Shown: in pieces, positions 47,016 through 57,300 of the stretch | Position numbering within the stretch: position 1 is the first letter of the stretch | Layout of the letters: the number at the start of each line of letters is the position of its first letter | Assembly: GCA_014799575.1 (NCBI GenBank) | Contig: JAAVHS010000027.1 | Span: forward strand, 24,539-88,538 | DNA: 64,000 bases | Source: Clostridiales bacterium | GTDB taxonomy: Bacteria; Bacillota; Clostridia; Christensenellales; UBA3700 | Direction: 5' to 3' | Made by a program: the position numbers and the translations under genes | Notes under the pieces: model-generated | What the model was told of the DNA's origin: nothing | Database searches by the model: none | What the model saw: only the letters and a program-made list of their open reading frames with translations

Positions 47016-47486
47016 TTATTTGTGATAACTACTGCCTTCTTCTATCATAAAAGCGCGGTAGATTTGTTCGCTTAGCACAAGCCTTATAAGTTGGTGAGGA
47101 TAGGTGATTGCGCCGAAGCAGAGAGAAAAGTCGCACTTGTCGATTACCTCTTGCGACAGACCGAACGAACCGCCTATTACGAAATTTACGGTTGACGTTC
47201 CGCCTTGCTTTAGGTCGGACAATTTCTTGCTTATTTGCTCGCTCGAAAGGGTCTTGCCTTTGAGATCCAGCGCGATAGAGTAGCCTTTGAGTTTTGATAT
47301 AATTCTTTCGCCTTCGGCGGTCTTGGTAAGTTGAATATTTTTGGCGTTTGCGTCATTGCAAAGTTCCTCGCTTACTTCGATGATTTGGAATTTGCAAAAG
47401 CGCGAAAGACGTTTGGCATATTCGTCAATTCCGTCTTTGATAAACTTTTCTTTTATTTTGCCCACGCACACTATATTTACGTTCAT
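47016..47486 (-). CDS. rlmH: 23S rRNA (pseudouridine1915-N3)-methyltransferase
   Basis: 156 aa from MNVNIVCVGKIKEKFIKDGIDEYAKRL ... TYPHQLIRLVLSEQIYRAF. The internal ATG at 47486 was chosen because it overlaps the upstream stop (ATGA). Confidence 0.9.
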   Translation of the reverse strand: MNVNIVCVGKIKEKFIKDGIDEYAKRLSRFCKFQIIEVSEELCNDANAKNIQLTKTAEGERIISKLKGYSIALDLKGKTLSSEQISKKLSDLKQGGTSTVNFVIGGSFGLSQEVIDKCDFSLCFGAITYPHQLIRLVLSEQIYRAFMIEEGSSYHK

Positions 47487-48739
47487 GATATATATCCCGA
47501 AATCGTATTGATAAGCCAAATTGCAAGCACGATCACAAGCGAGAAAATTACGCCGCGGCTGTTCTTCTTTTTGATATTGACTTCGTCTTCCTGTCTGAGC
47601 GATTGATACACTTCTTTTTTCTCTTCGCTGTACTCGCCGAGTTGCTCGTCAAGCTTGGCTGCGTCGGCTTTCTTCTGAGCGATTTGCTCGGGGGAAGTGA
47701 AGAGATAATCCATCTTTTCGTTGAACGCTTTGAGGAATTTTTTCTTGCCGATATGAATTACTTCGCCTTCTTGATTTTGCTCGTCTAAATTGAGCGAAGC
47801 GTCTTCTTTCTTTCTTTTTGCGTAACATATCTTATACATACCCCAAAGAGAGAAGAATAGTCCCACAAGTCCGATAACGCACATAATCAGCATTGCCCAC
47901 CACGGCATAGCGAAATCCGACGCGCCCGTGGCTGCGTATACGATATATCCCGCTATGAGTGTAATTGCGTTATTGAAGAAATGCGTAAGCGCGCTTATCC
48001 ATATACTTCCGCTCATATAATATACGAGCGAGCATACCACGCCGACGAAGAATTGATGGACGAGTTGAATAGGCGAGCCGTGCATAAACGCGAACAACGT
48101 ACTGCTCAAAATTACGCCTATAAAGTAGGAAAATTTTCTTGCCGACCTTGCGATAATGCCTCTATGCAAAATCTCTTCGCACACCGCAGGTATCGCCGAC
48201 ACGAAGACGAGATAGAGCAATAGTTTTGGGAAAGAATCGACTGTGATGTCCGCGCCCGAGTAGTGATAACCCGTCTTTTGCACGAGCGCGACGAACAGCG
48301 TCGCAATCGGCATAAATCCCGCAAGCAACGTCGCCGCTATCGGGAAAGTCATCGCGATTTGTCGGCCGTTGATTTTGCGCTTGAAGCCGAGGTCTTTGAA
48401 GACGTTGAAAGATTTGACTTTCCAATACGCCAATGGGGATAAAATCATAGTAGATTCGTTGATGAAAGTGATTAGAATAATACCGCCCGTCGACGCGGTG
48501 AAAAGGGAGAATTTTTCCGTCACGAATTGATAGCCGTCTTCAGTCGTCATACTCACGCCGAATGAGTCGGCTATTATCATAAATCCGAGTATCATCATCA
48601 CAAGTTGCAACATATATTGCAACACGAACTGTACTATAAACATTGCGCTTGCGTCGTAAAATTCAAGCGTTGACGCGCTCTTTTGGAAAAAGCGTTTATT
48701 GGTTGCAGGTTGCGTTGTCGTTTGATTTTTCTTTGACAT
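47483..48739 (-). CDS. CPBP family intramembrane endopeptidase with C-terminal coiled-coil/TM extension
   Basis: Motifs EEILHRGII, FAFMHG and HFFNN. The ~110-aa charged extension ends in an extra TM (VIFSLVIVLAIWLI). Confidence 0.7.
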   Translation of the reverse strand: MSKKNQTTTQPATNKRFFQKSASTLEFYDASAMFIVQFVLQYMLQLVMMILGFMIIADSFGVSMTTEDGYQFVTEKFSLFTASTGGIILITFINESTMILSPLAYWKVKSFNVFKDLGFKRKINGRQIAMTFPIAATLLAGFMPIATLFVALVQKTGYHYSGADITVDSFPKLLLYLVFVSAIPAVCEEILHRGIIARSARKFSYFIGVILSSTLFAFMHGSPIQLVHQFFVGVVCSLVYYMSGSIWISALTHFFNNAITLIAGYIVYAATGASDFAMPWWAMLIMCVIGLVGLFFSLWGMYKICYAKRKKEDASLNLDEQNQEGEVIHIGKKKFLKAFNEKMDYLFTSPEQIAQKKADAAKLDEQLGEYSEEKKEVYQSLRQEDEVNIKKKNSRGVIFSLVIVLAIWLINTISGYIS

Positions 48740-48746
48740 CTTTTCC

Positions 48747-49526
48747 TCAGTCCAGAATTATTTTTTGAGTAGATTTATGTTGTAAAGCCGTCTCGACGAA
48801 TACGTCTTTTCCCTCGATAATACGAGCGTTTTCCAACGCCTTTGCCGTGCACTCGAACGCGAGTTCGGGCGTGTTGTTTTCTTGCGAGAGATGGGCGAGT
48901 ACGAAACGCTTAGTCCCGTACTTTGCAAGCGTAACTATGCTTTGCGCGCACTCGTCGTTGGATAGGTGTCCGTTCTTACCCAAAATGCGCTGTTTGAGCA
49001 AGAAAGGATAAGAGCCCTGTCGCAACATATCTATATCGTGGTTGGATTCCAACATTATCAAATCGCTTTCGGCAAGGTTGCGTATTATACTTTCGCTCAT
49101 ACAACCTAAGTCGGTCGCGATAGATACGGTCTTTTTGCCGTCGCTCAATCTATACCCGAGATTGTAGTTGGAATCGTGGGGCAGGCGAAAGGGCGAGACG
49201 TGAATATTGCCAATATCAAAGGGCAAGTCCATATCTCTCTCGACAAGATATGCTGATGCGTACGCGTCAAGACAACTCGCGCTTTCCTTGTGACAGTAGA
49301 GCGGTATCGAATACTTTTTTACCAACGGCGCAATACCTTTGATATGGTCGCTATGCTCGTGAGTGACCAAAATCGCGTCGATTGCGCCCAAATCGATATT
49401 CGCCTCTCTTGCTCTTTGAGTAAGGTCGCGTATATTCAATCCGTCGTCTATCATCAGCGTAATATTGTCGGAAGACACAACGGTACAATTTCCTTTGCTT
49501 CCGCTTGCGAGATTACAGAATTTCAT
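48747..49526 (-). CDS. MBL-fold metallo-hydrolase (YycJ/WalJ-like)
   Basis: MKFCNLASGSKGNCTVV..., THEHSDHIKG, GHLSN. Confidence 0.8.
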   Translation of the reverse strand: MKFCNLASGSKGNCTVVSSDNITLMIDDGLNIRDLTQRAREANIDLGAIDAILVTHEHSDHIKGIAPLVKKYSIPLYCHKESASCLDAYASAYLVERDMDLPFDIGNIHVSPFRLPHDSNYNLGYRLSDGKKTVSIATDLGCMSESIIRNLAESDLIMLESNHDIDMLRQGSYPFLLKQRILGKNGHLSNDECAQSIVTLAKYGTKRFVLAHLSQENNTPELAFECTAKALENARIIEGKDVFVETALQHKSTQKIILD

Positions 49527-49597
49527 AAAAGTATTTTAACATATTTTTATTGTATATACAATTGATATTATGGTAAAATGTAAGCAAAGAGGTAACT

Positions 49598-50464
49598 ATG
49601 ATTAAAATTTCCACTAAAATAATAGCCGACAAAATCAAATCGGCTATCGACAAAATATCTTGCGAAGTAGAGCCGAGTTGCAGAAAGGCTTTGGAGCAGG
49701 CTTGCGAGAAAGAGGACGGCAAGACTTCAAAATTCGCTCTCGAAGTAATGTTGGACAACATCGCTCTTGCAAAGGCGGAACACCGTCCCGTATGTCAAGA
49801 CACGGGCATGGTAGTCGTATTCGTCGAGATAGGCAAAGAAGTCATCTTGACTGGCAAACTCTTGCAGGACGCAATCGACGAAGCGGTCGAAGAAGCGTAC
49901 GTCACTTTGCGCAAATCCGTGCTTGACCCAGTGACGCGTATCAACACGAAGACGAATACGCCGTCTGTGGTTCACACGTCAATCGTAGAGGGCGAGGACG
50001 TGAAAGTAGAGATAATGCTCAAAGGCTTCGGCAGTGAAAATATGTCCAAGGTCTATTTGCTCAATCCCGCGCAAGGACTTGACGAGGCAAAGCGGCTTAT
50101 CGTCGACACCGTGGCGCAGGCGGCGTCAAATCCCTGCCCGCCGGTGATAATAGGCGTAGGCTTGGGCGGTACGTTGGAAAAATGCGCTTTGATGTCCAAA
50201 CACGCGCTGTTCAGAGAGATTGGAAGCGCAAATCCCATTCCGCATTTGGACGAAATGGAGAGAGAATTGCTTGACAAGATAAATTCACTCGGTATCGGCG
50301 CGCAAGGCTTTGGAGGAAAGACGACTGCGCTCGGCGTGTTCATAGAGAGTTATCCCACGCATATATCGTCCTTGCCGGTGGCAATCAACGTGCTTTGCCA
50401 CTGCTCAAGAGCGGCAAAATTCACAATCGACGGCAAAAAGGAGGGCGAAGTATGTCAAATGTAA
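49598..50464 (+). CDS. Fe-S type hydro-lyase (class I fumarate/tartrate dehydratase) alpha subunit
   Basis: PVCQDTGMVVVF and GVGLGGT, with length and gene pairing typical of the family. Confidence 0.85.
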   Translation: MIKISTKIIADKIKSAIDKISCEVEPSCRKALEQACEKEDGKTSKFALEVMLDNIALAKAEHRPVCQDTGMVVVFVEIGKEVILTGKLLQDAIDEAVEEAYVTLRKSVLDPVTRINTKTNTPSVVHTSIVEGEDVKVEIMLKGFGSENMSKVYLLNPAQGLDEAKRLIVDTVAQAASNPCPPVIIGVGLGGTLEKCALMSKHALFREIGSANPIPHLDEMERELLDKINSLGIGAQGFGGKTTALGVFIESYPTHISSLPVAINVLCHCSRAAKFTIDGKKEGEVCQM

Positions 50465-50982
50465 AATATCTTTCTCTTCCGCTTACCAAAGAGAGCATGC
50501 GAGATTTGCAAGTAGGGGATATGGTAAGATTGAGCGGCGATATGCTCGTATTCAGAGATGCGGGGCATAAGCGACTTTATCAAAGCATATTAGACGGCAA
50601 ACAGGCTTTTGATTATAAAGGCGAGACGATTTACTTTATGGGACCTTGCCCCGCAAGAAACGGCGAGGTACTCGGCAGCGCAGGGCCTACTACGTCTTGC
50701 AGAATGGACAAGTATACGCCTTTTATGTTGGACAACGGCCTTTCCGCTCAAATCGGAAAGGGCAAACGCAGTCAAGACTGTATAGACGCGTTTAAGCGTA
50801 ACGGGGCAGTGTACTTCGCTGCAATCGGCGGAGCGGGCGCAATATACAGCAAGTGTATCACGAAGGTTGAAGTGCTGCATTTTGAAGATTTAGGCACGGA
50901 AGCAGTCCGCAGAATCACCGTAAAAGATTTCCCCGTCGTTGTGGCAATCGATTCAAAAGGCAGCGATATTTATTCTAAATAG
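50452..50982 (+). CDS. Fe-S type hydro-lyase beta subunit
   Basis: 176 aa from the ATG at 50452 (RBS GGAGGG): GDMVRLSGDMLVFRDAGHKRL, GPTTSCRMD, AIGGAGA. It overlaps the alpha subunit stop. Confidence 0.85.
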   Translation: MSNVKYLSLPLTKESMRDLQVGDMVRLSGDMLVFRDAGHKRLYQSILDGKQAFDYKGETIYFMGPCPARNGEVLGSAGPTTSCRMDKYTPFMLDNGLSAQIGKGKRSQDCIDAFKRNGAVYFAAIGGAGAIYSKCITKVEVLHFEDLGTEAVRRITVKDFPVVVAIDSKGSDIYSK

Positions 50983-51210
50983 ACGAAGAAAATCAAAATA
51001 AGATATTACATTCGGCAACTCATTAGGGGCTGCCGTTTTTTATTTGTCTAGACGTGAAATGCGGCTTTTTTACAATGATTAAACGTGATATGTATTGACA
51101 TTTAAGTCCTAAAACGTGCGTATTTCGCGCATTTGAGCGCCAAAATAGGCGAAATTAGTAAAAAAATGCAGGAAAATTGTGGAAAAACGCAAAACGTATT
51201 GCAAAAACAG

Positions 51211-51239
51211 TTGACATAGGGTTATTAGAAGAATATAAT
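51211..51239 (+). promoter_or_regulatory. consensus sigma70 promoter of the 2900-aa gene
   Basis: TTGACA (51211-51216), 17 nt, TATAAT (51234-51239). The ~115-nt leader contains the hairpin GGGCGAAA-taacg-TTTTGCCC. Confidence 0.5.
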
Positions 51240-51360
51240 GTTTGCGATTTAAGACATTTTGGGCGAAATAACGTTTTGCCCGTATGTTTGAGGGAAAACG
51301 AGAGTATTTATGATAAGGTAATCGATAATTCGGGGAAGAAGTGGGAAGAAGGACAGTATT

Positions 51361-54300
51361 ATGAATACGGTAAATAAAAAATCTACAAAAAGTATTTTAA
51401 TAATTCTTATTGCAGCGCTAGTCGCGATTATTGCGGTGGGCGCGCTTTTGTCGTTGCCGACAAGAGATAACGGCGAAAGAGATATTGCGGTTACGCAGAC
51501 TGACGTAATAAAACTTTACAAAGAGACCCCATACATAATGGCGGAAACAGACGCTAAAGCCAAAGCGTATGCCGCAGAACTTGGCATACCTGAAAATCAA
51601 TACAATTATGCTAGCACCAGCGCGATGAATATCGAAAACGGCGTTTGGAAGTCTATGGGCGCAACCGACGTTATTGGTAAGTACGTGCATTTGCTTTTAC
51701 CAAACAGTGTTACGAAGATAGCGAAAAATACCAGTTCAACTACCGGTATACCGTCCGTTCACTGGCTTTCAATTAAGGCGGATGAAGGAAGCGGACTTAC
51801 TGAAATTGAAGCCGGAACGGGAACCGGCGCTAGCGTTCGTGGCGCTTTTGGAGGACAAGGATGGCTGGAAAGAGTAGATTTGACTAGAGCGACGAAATTT
51901 ACTTCGCTTTCCGCTTATGCGTTCTATGCATGCGACAGATTGTACGATATTGCGCTTCCGGACAGCGTTACGTCAATAGGAGCAGGCGCAATTAGCGGAA
52001 AGACGTTGCTTCACGTGTCGTTGCCTTCGGGACTTGGCGCAAGCGGATCCGGACTTAACTCTGCAGCGTTTACTAATTGTTCAAAATTAGTAGAAATCGA
52101 ACTTCCTTCCAATGCGGACAGCACGTTCGTATCCAAAGTTCAAGGTATGACTTCGGTAACTAATACGTATCTTAACGTCTATAAGAAAGGCAGTGGACGG
52201 TCGTGGTTGGTACGCACCAATGACGGTTTCGTATTTTGTAAAAATATTTCAAGAACAAGCACGCTTGCAAGCGGAACGGGCATTACTACTGTTAGTTATA
52301 CTACGGGCAAATGGTATATGGTAGGTTACCAAGGAGCGGAAAGCGGCGGCGATACCGTCAACGCGGGCGAAGATTATATGATAAGATTGCCCGAACAAGT
52401 TGATCTTGCAACAAACGGCGTCAATCGCGCCGGACAATTCGACTACCTCGATTGCTCGGGTAATGAGATACAGAATGATTTCAGCGATATTGCGACGGAC
52501 TCTGCTCTTGGAAACAATGTATCAGGTCGCACAATAGCGGGCGGAAGTTATACTTACGACATCGGACGCTATGCGTTTTATTATCAGTGGGTGCAGCACG
52601 TGACTATTCCCGATAATATCATTAACGTAATTGGAGACTACGCATTTCAGTTTGCGCCAATGTGGACGTTTAATCTTGGCAACGTAGACACAATTGGGGC
52701 AAACGCATTGGTATTTAGCACTAAACCAGTTGGTCTTACGTTCTATTTGCCATCTAATAATCCGAAATGCGCTCAAAATGCTTTGAATTACGGTACGGCG
52801 GATAAGCCGGGCGATATGCCGCGTTTGCTTGTCTACCGCAACTATGCAAATTATAGTAGTAGAGCAACATACTCCAGCGGAATTTATTACGCGGCATATA
52901 GTACGTTGCGCGCAGGCGGAGGAAAGTTCTTTACATATCTTATTGACGTTGTACCCAACGTGGGCGAGTATGACGCGAGTGTAGCGGAAAATTATAGATA
53001 TACTGCAATAGATTCAGAAAAAATGCAACGTTTGTATACAGGCGGATTGCAAAACTATAATAGCGGTGAAATTTACGCCGATCCTTTCAGTTTTGTTCGT
53101 AACTCGTCTGACGTATGGGTAAAATCAACGCAGACTTTCCCAGCGTTGACGGAGTATACGGGATATACAGAGACAAATTGGTTTACAAGCGCAAGCTGCA
53201 CTACAAGATATACCGAGACTTCCGTCGGCATAAGCGCTGACGTTGCGTCTCTTCGCAATCCTTCGACAAGTAATAGAGACGTAATCAACATGTACGCAAG
53301 AAAGATTGTACTTTCTTCCGACCTTGTCGATAAAGAAAGAGTCTATACCGACAACGTAGTCGTTGCGAACTCGGAAGAAATCACAGGAATTCCGACTGAA
53401 ATTCTAAACAACTACGATATACAAATTACAAGTTACGTTGACAGTAGCGGCGTACAAAAGACGCTTAGCAACAAATCCATTCAGGACGCGGGCGTATATA
53501 CTATACAGATTAAACCTAACGCGGCTTACGGTCAATGGGACGCCGAAAACGTTCCTACAATGACGGTTACGGTAAACAAAGCCAGAATAGATTTGGGCGA
53601 CTATAAGATTTTCCGTCTTGGCGTGACCAGTGATAATGAAGGGCAAATAGTTACCAATTTGCGCCCCGGTAAAGAAGTAAGCGGCGAAACCAGCGCTACG
53701 CTTTATAAATACGGCGGTTCTTGGTTTACGGATTTGCAAACCACGTTGGGAACTACGCCCGATGAGACAAGAACGGGACTTTGGAACAGTTTTGTCCGCG
53801 CAGAGGGCGACGATATAAAGTTTAGACTTGCGCTTGTTACTCCTATAATCAAAGACGCTCATAGAAGCGGAGACGTCTTCACCTGCGCTTTCTCGAACGA
53901 CGAGTATAGCCAATCGGGCGAATATAGAGACTTCGTTAACGTTCAATTGACCGAAGCAGCAAAGAACAATTACAGTCTGACCGTAACCAGTGATAGAGAT
54001 CGCGGATTTATCGGAGCTGCTGATGACGATACTTTTACTTCGGCGACAATCTACAAAACTTGGTTTATCGTAAAACTCAACAACTGGCTTACTATGCAAG
54101 GCAGGGAAGGCGATGACGCTCCTTCTTATCACGTGCCTACGCGTTGGGAATTCGGCACTGACCCGAGCACGCTCAACGTAGGTTCTGATTCTTCGAATCA
54201 GATTAAGTTCCAAGCACCTACGGTAGCGCTTGGCTCATCGTATGCAAGCATTGGATTTGTATTGGAACTTACCTCGAAAAACGTCATAGGCGGTAACGGT

Positions 54301-57300
54301 ACTTTGACGATTTCAACGTCGAGTGACGGCGTTTCAACTATCCCAATCAGCGATTACTATAAGTACGTCAACTCTTCTATGCCTGCGGGCGAATACAGAA
54401 TTATTTTCAGCGTCACATTCTCGGGAGGAGAAGGTTCTGTTTACGAACCTTTCCAACAGAGTTTTTCTTTCACGGTTTATGATAAAGCATTCTCCGATGA
54501 TGAGGCAAACGCAATTTCCGCATTGAATCAAAAAGTATTTGAGTATGACAAAAATGAAGTTCCGAAGGCTTATTCTGACAATAAGGCTCTCTTTGACTTT
54601 GATAAGCTTGACGACCCGAGCGGTAGACTAAAAGATATGTTGGGTATGAACACCAACACGTGGGGAAGCACTCCACGTGTCGGAGAATGGGCAAACACCG
54701 GCTATAATTCGTTGTTTGATAGCAATTTTGCAGTAACGTACAACCTCAACCGTATGTGGAACAATACTTACGTGTCTTTGGAAGAATTGATAAAAGATGC
54801 TAATTATCCTATGGATAACGTCGACGTATATACAGTATATTATCAGTTGACGTGTAAGAACCGCGAATCGCTTGTCGATGCCGCCAACGATACTCGTAGA
54901 GATTATTGTTTCTACGTGGTAGTTTATAAGACTCTCACTGCGCCTACGGTAGACGATATTACTTACGACGGATTGGAGAACTTCCCGACGGTAAGATATG
55001 AGAACGGCGCTTTAGCTTCCGAACGTTCATATTATTCGGTTACTTATCCAAACGGACAAGACAACGTCAACGTCAACAAGGCAAGCGCAAAGAAAAAGGC
55101 TATTCTTACTATATCCGTAGATTCGTATGAAATTTCGGGTATCGGTTCGTATAATCTTTATCGCTTTGCGGACGAAGGGGATACGCCTAATAATAGAAAG
55201 TTTACGCAGACTCTTCAAAAGGAATACAACATAGTTCCCGCTCAAAATTCCACTACCGTTGCGCTTTATATGTCAGGTTGGTTGTGGAATAGCGTAATCA
55301 CTGAAGATAATATCATTTGGGAGACGCGTTTTGGCAACGATAGGGAGAACTTCACGTTTACGTTAGTATCCACCTTTGAAGACGAAGACGGCAATATAGT
55401 AGAGATTTCCGATGTCAACAAGTTTGGCGCGGCTCCGGCAGGAATTTATACTTTGTACGCTACTTGCGCGGAAGAAAAGATATACGGCAATTGGTCGGAG
55501 TATACCGCAAGTATTACAGTTACCGTAAATCAAGCGGTCAATACTTGGGTAAGAACTCCCAGTATCTCCACCTGGACTTGGAATCAATACGAGAATTTCG
55601 ATTGGAATGCGGCAGGAGCGGTAAGTCCTATCGAGATACACGCTATCCCGACTTATTACACGTCGTCGACCGTAGCAGAGGCAGGTTCGGGCAGATTCGA
55701 CTTCCGTATTTACTCTATTGACGAAAACGCTACGGGTAACGATAGATACAAGATGGTCTATTTTGACGACGAAGAGACGGAATTCCACTTCCAATACGCA
55801 ATAGATGAACACGGCGAATTTATTAAAGACGGAAGTCATTTCGTATTGCCGCTAGACGTGGCGAAGAAACTTGCCGCGCTTCCTGCGGGGCAATACTATT
55901 TGGTGGCTACCGTTTATAGCGCAAACAACTATACCGGTCTTAACAACACCGAGGCATCTTTCCTTGAAGGCGCAGTACCGTTTACAATCGGTTCGGCAAA
56001 CAACGTATGGGCGGATACGATTACAACGTCAGATTGGACGTATTCGGAATTCGAGCTTGACCGTAATATCTATACGGGTATGGCGAAGTACGAAACGGAA
56101 CTTACTTACGCTATTTACGATAGAAATAAGACTAGCGTCATTTCCGTACTCGGTAAACAACTTAAAGACATCATAGATTTCACGGACGTTGCTTTGACGA
56201 AAGACGGCAAAGAGTATACGTACGCTGAACTTATCAATATGCTTGGCGTGGGTACGTATACGATTACCGTACACGGCGACGAGGCAAGCAAGAACGAGCG
56301 CAACGGCGTAAATTATCTTGCAATCAACGACGAGCGTAGAGTAACGGTCAACAAGGCTTATAATACGCTCAACCAAACGTACGTATTAAACAATTTTACT
56401 ATCGGCGGAGACGTTGATATGACAAGATATACCGCGCGTTTTGATAGCGACAAGGTAGGTTACCGTATATCCAAAGGCGGTTTTTACGTTGACGATAATT
56501 TGGGTACGGTAAGAGTTTCCGAAAATCCAATCACGTATGAAAGCTCTTTGACGTACGAGCAGTTGGTTGAGAAAATCAAACAACTTGCGAGCAATAGAAG
56601 CGGAAGCAACGATTACACAATATGGTACGTCACTACAGGCGGCGAGAATTATTCCGCTCAATCGGATTCGGAGATATTTACCGTATTTCTAGGTCAAAAC
56701 GATTGGCTTGACGGCATTACGCCGACAATGAACGGTTGGACGTATGATAAAACTGCGCATACTTTTGATAAGAGTAGTATAAACCTTATTCACGAAATAG
56801 ACGATAGTTTGATAGAGATAACGTATCACGACGTGATTATCAACGAAGAATCGGGTATGCAAGAAGTAGGACAGCGTCTTTCGGGTTGTCCGATCAACAC
56901 AGGTACGTATTATGTCAGAATTACCGTACCTACCGACGAGTATTACAATGAAATCTCCATTGATTTGCCTTTCCAAATCAGCAAGGCGGACAATGATTTC
57001 AAGACGCTTCCGCAAATCAAGAACAACGGTTGGGTTTACTCCAATTTGTCGATTGACGATATTATTACGGGCGCGGCGATGAACGAAGAAAACGGTATGC
57101 AAATTCAATTTGTCGTTACCGGAGACGTAAGCGGCGACGATGAGACGCCAAGCGTCGACTTCCGTTACGCTACTATGAACATAATGCTTGGAAACAACGT
57201 TGACCAAGGCAACAACGAGATATTATTAAGCGCATTCTATAGCCGTTTGAATTCGCTCAACGTAGGCGCTTATAAGATGAGAATTACGCTTACCGAGTCA

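Noticed and set aside
51177-51377. 66-aa ORF upstream of the 2900-aa gene.
   Set aside because: It has a non-ATG start and no RBS. It spans the consensus promoter and leader of the giant gene.
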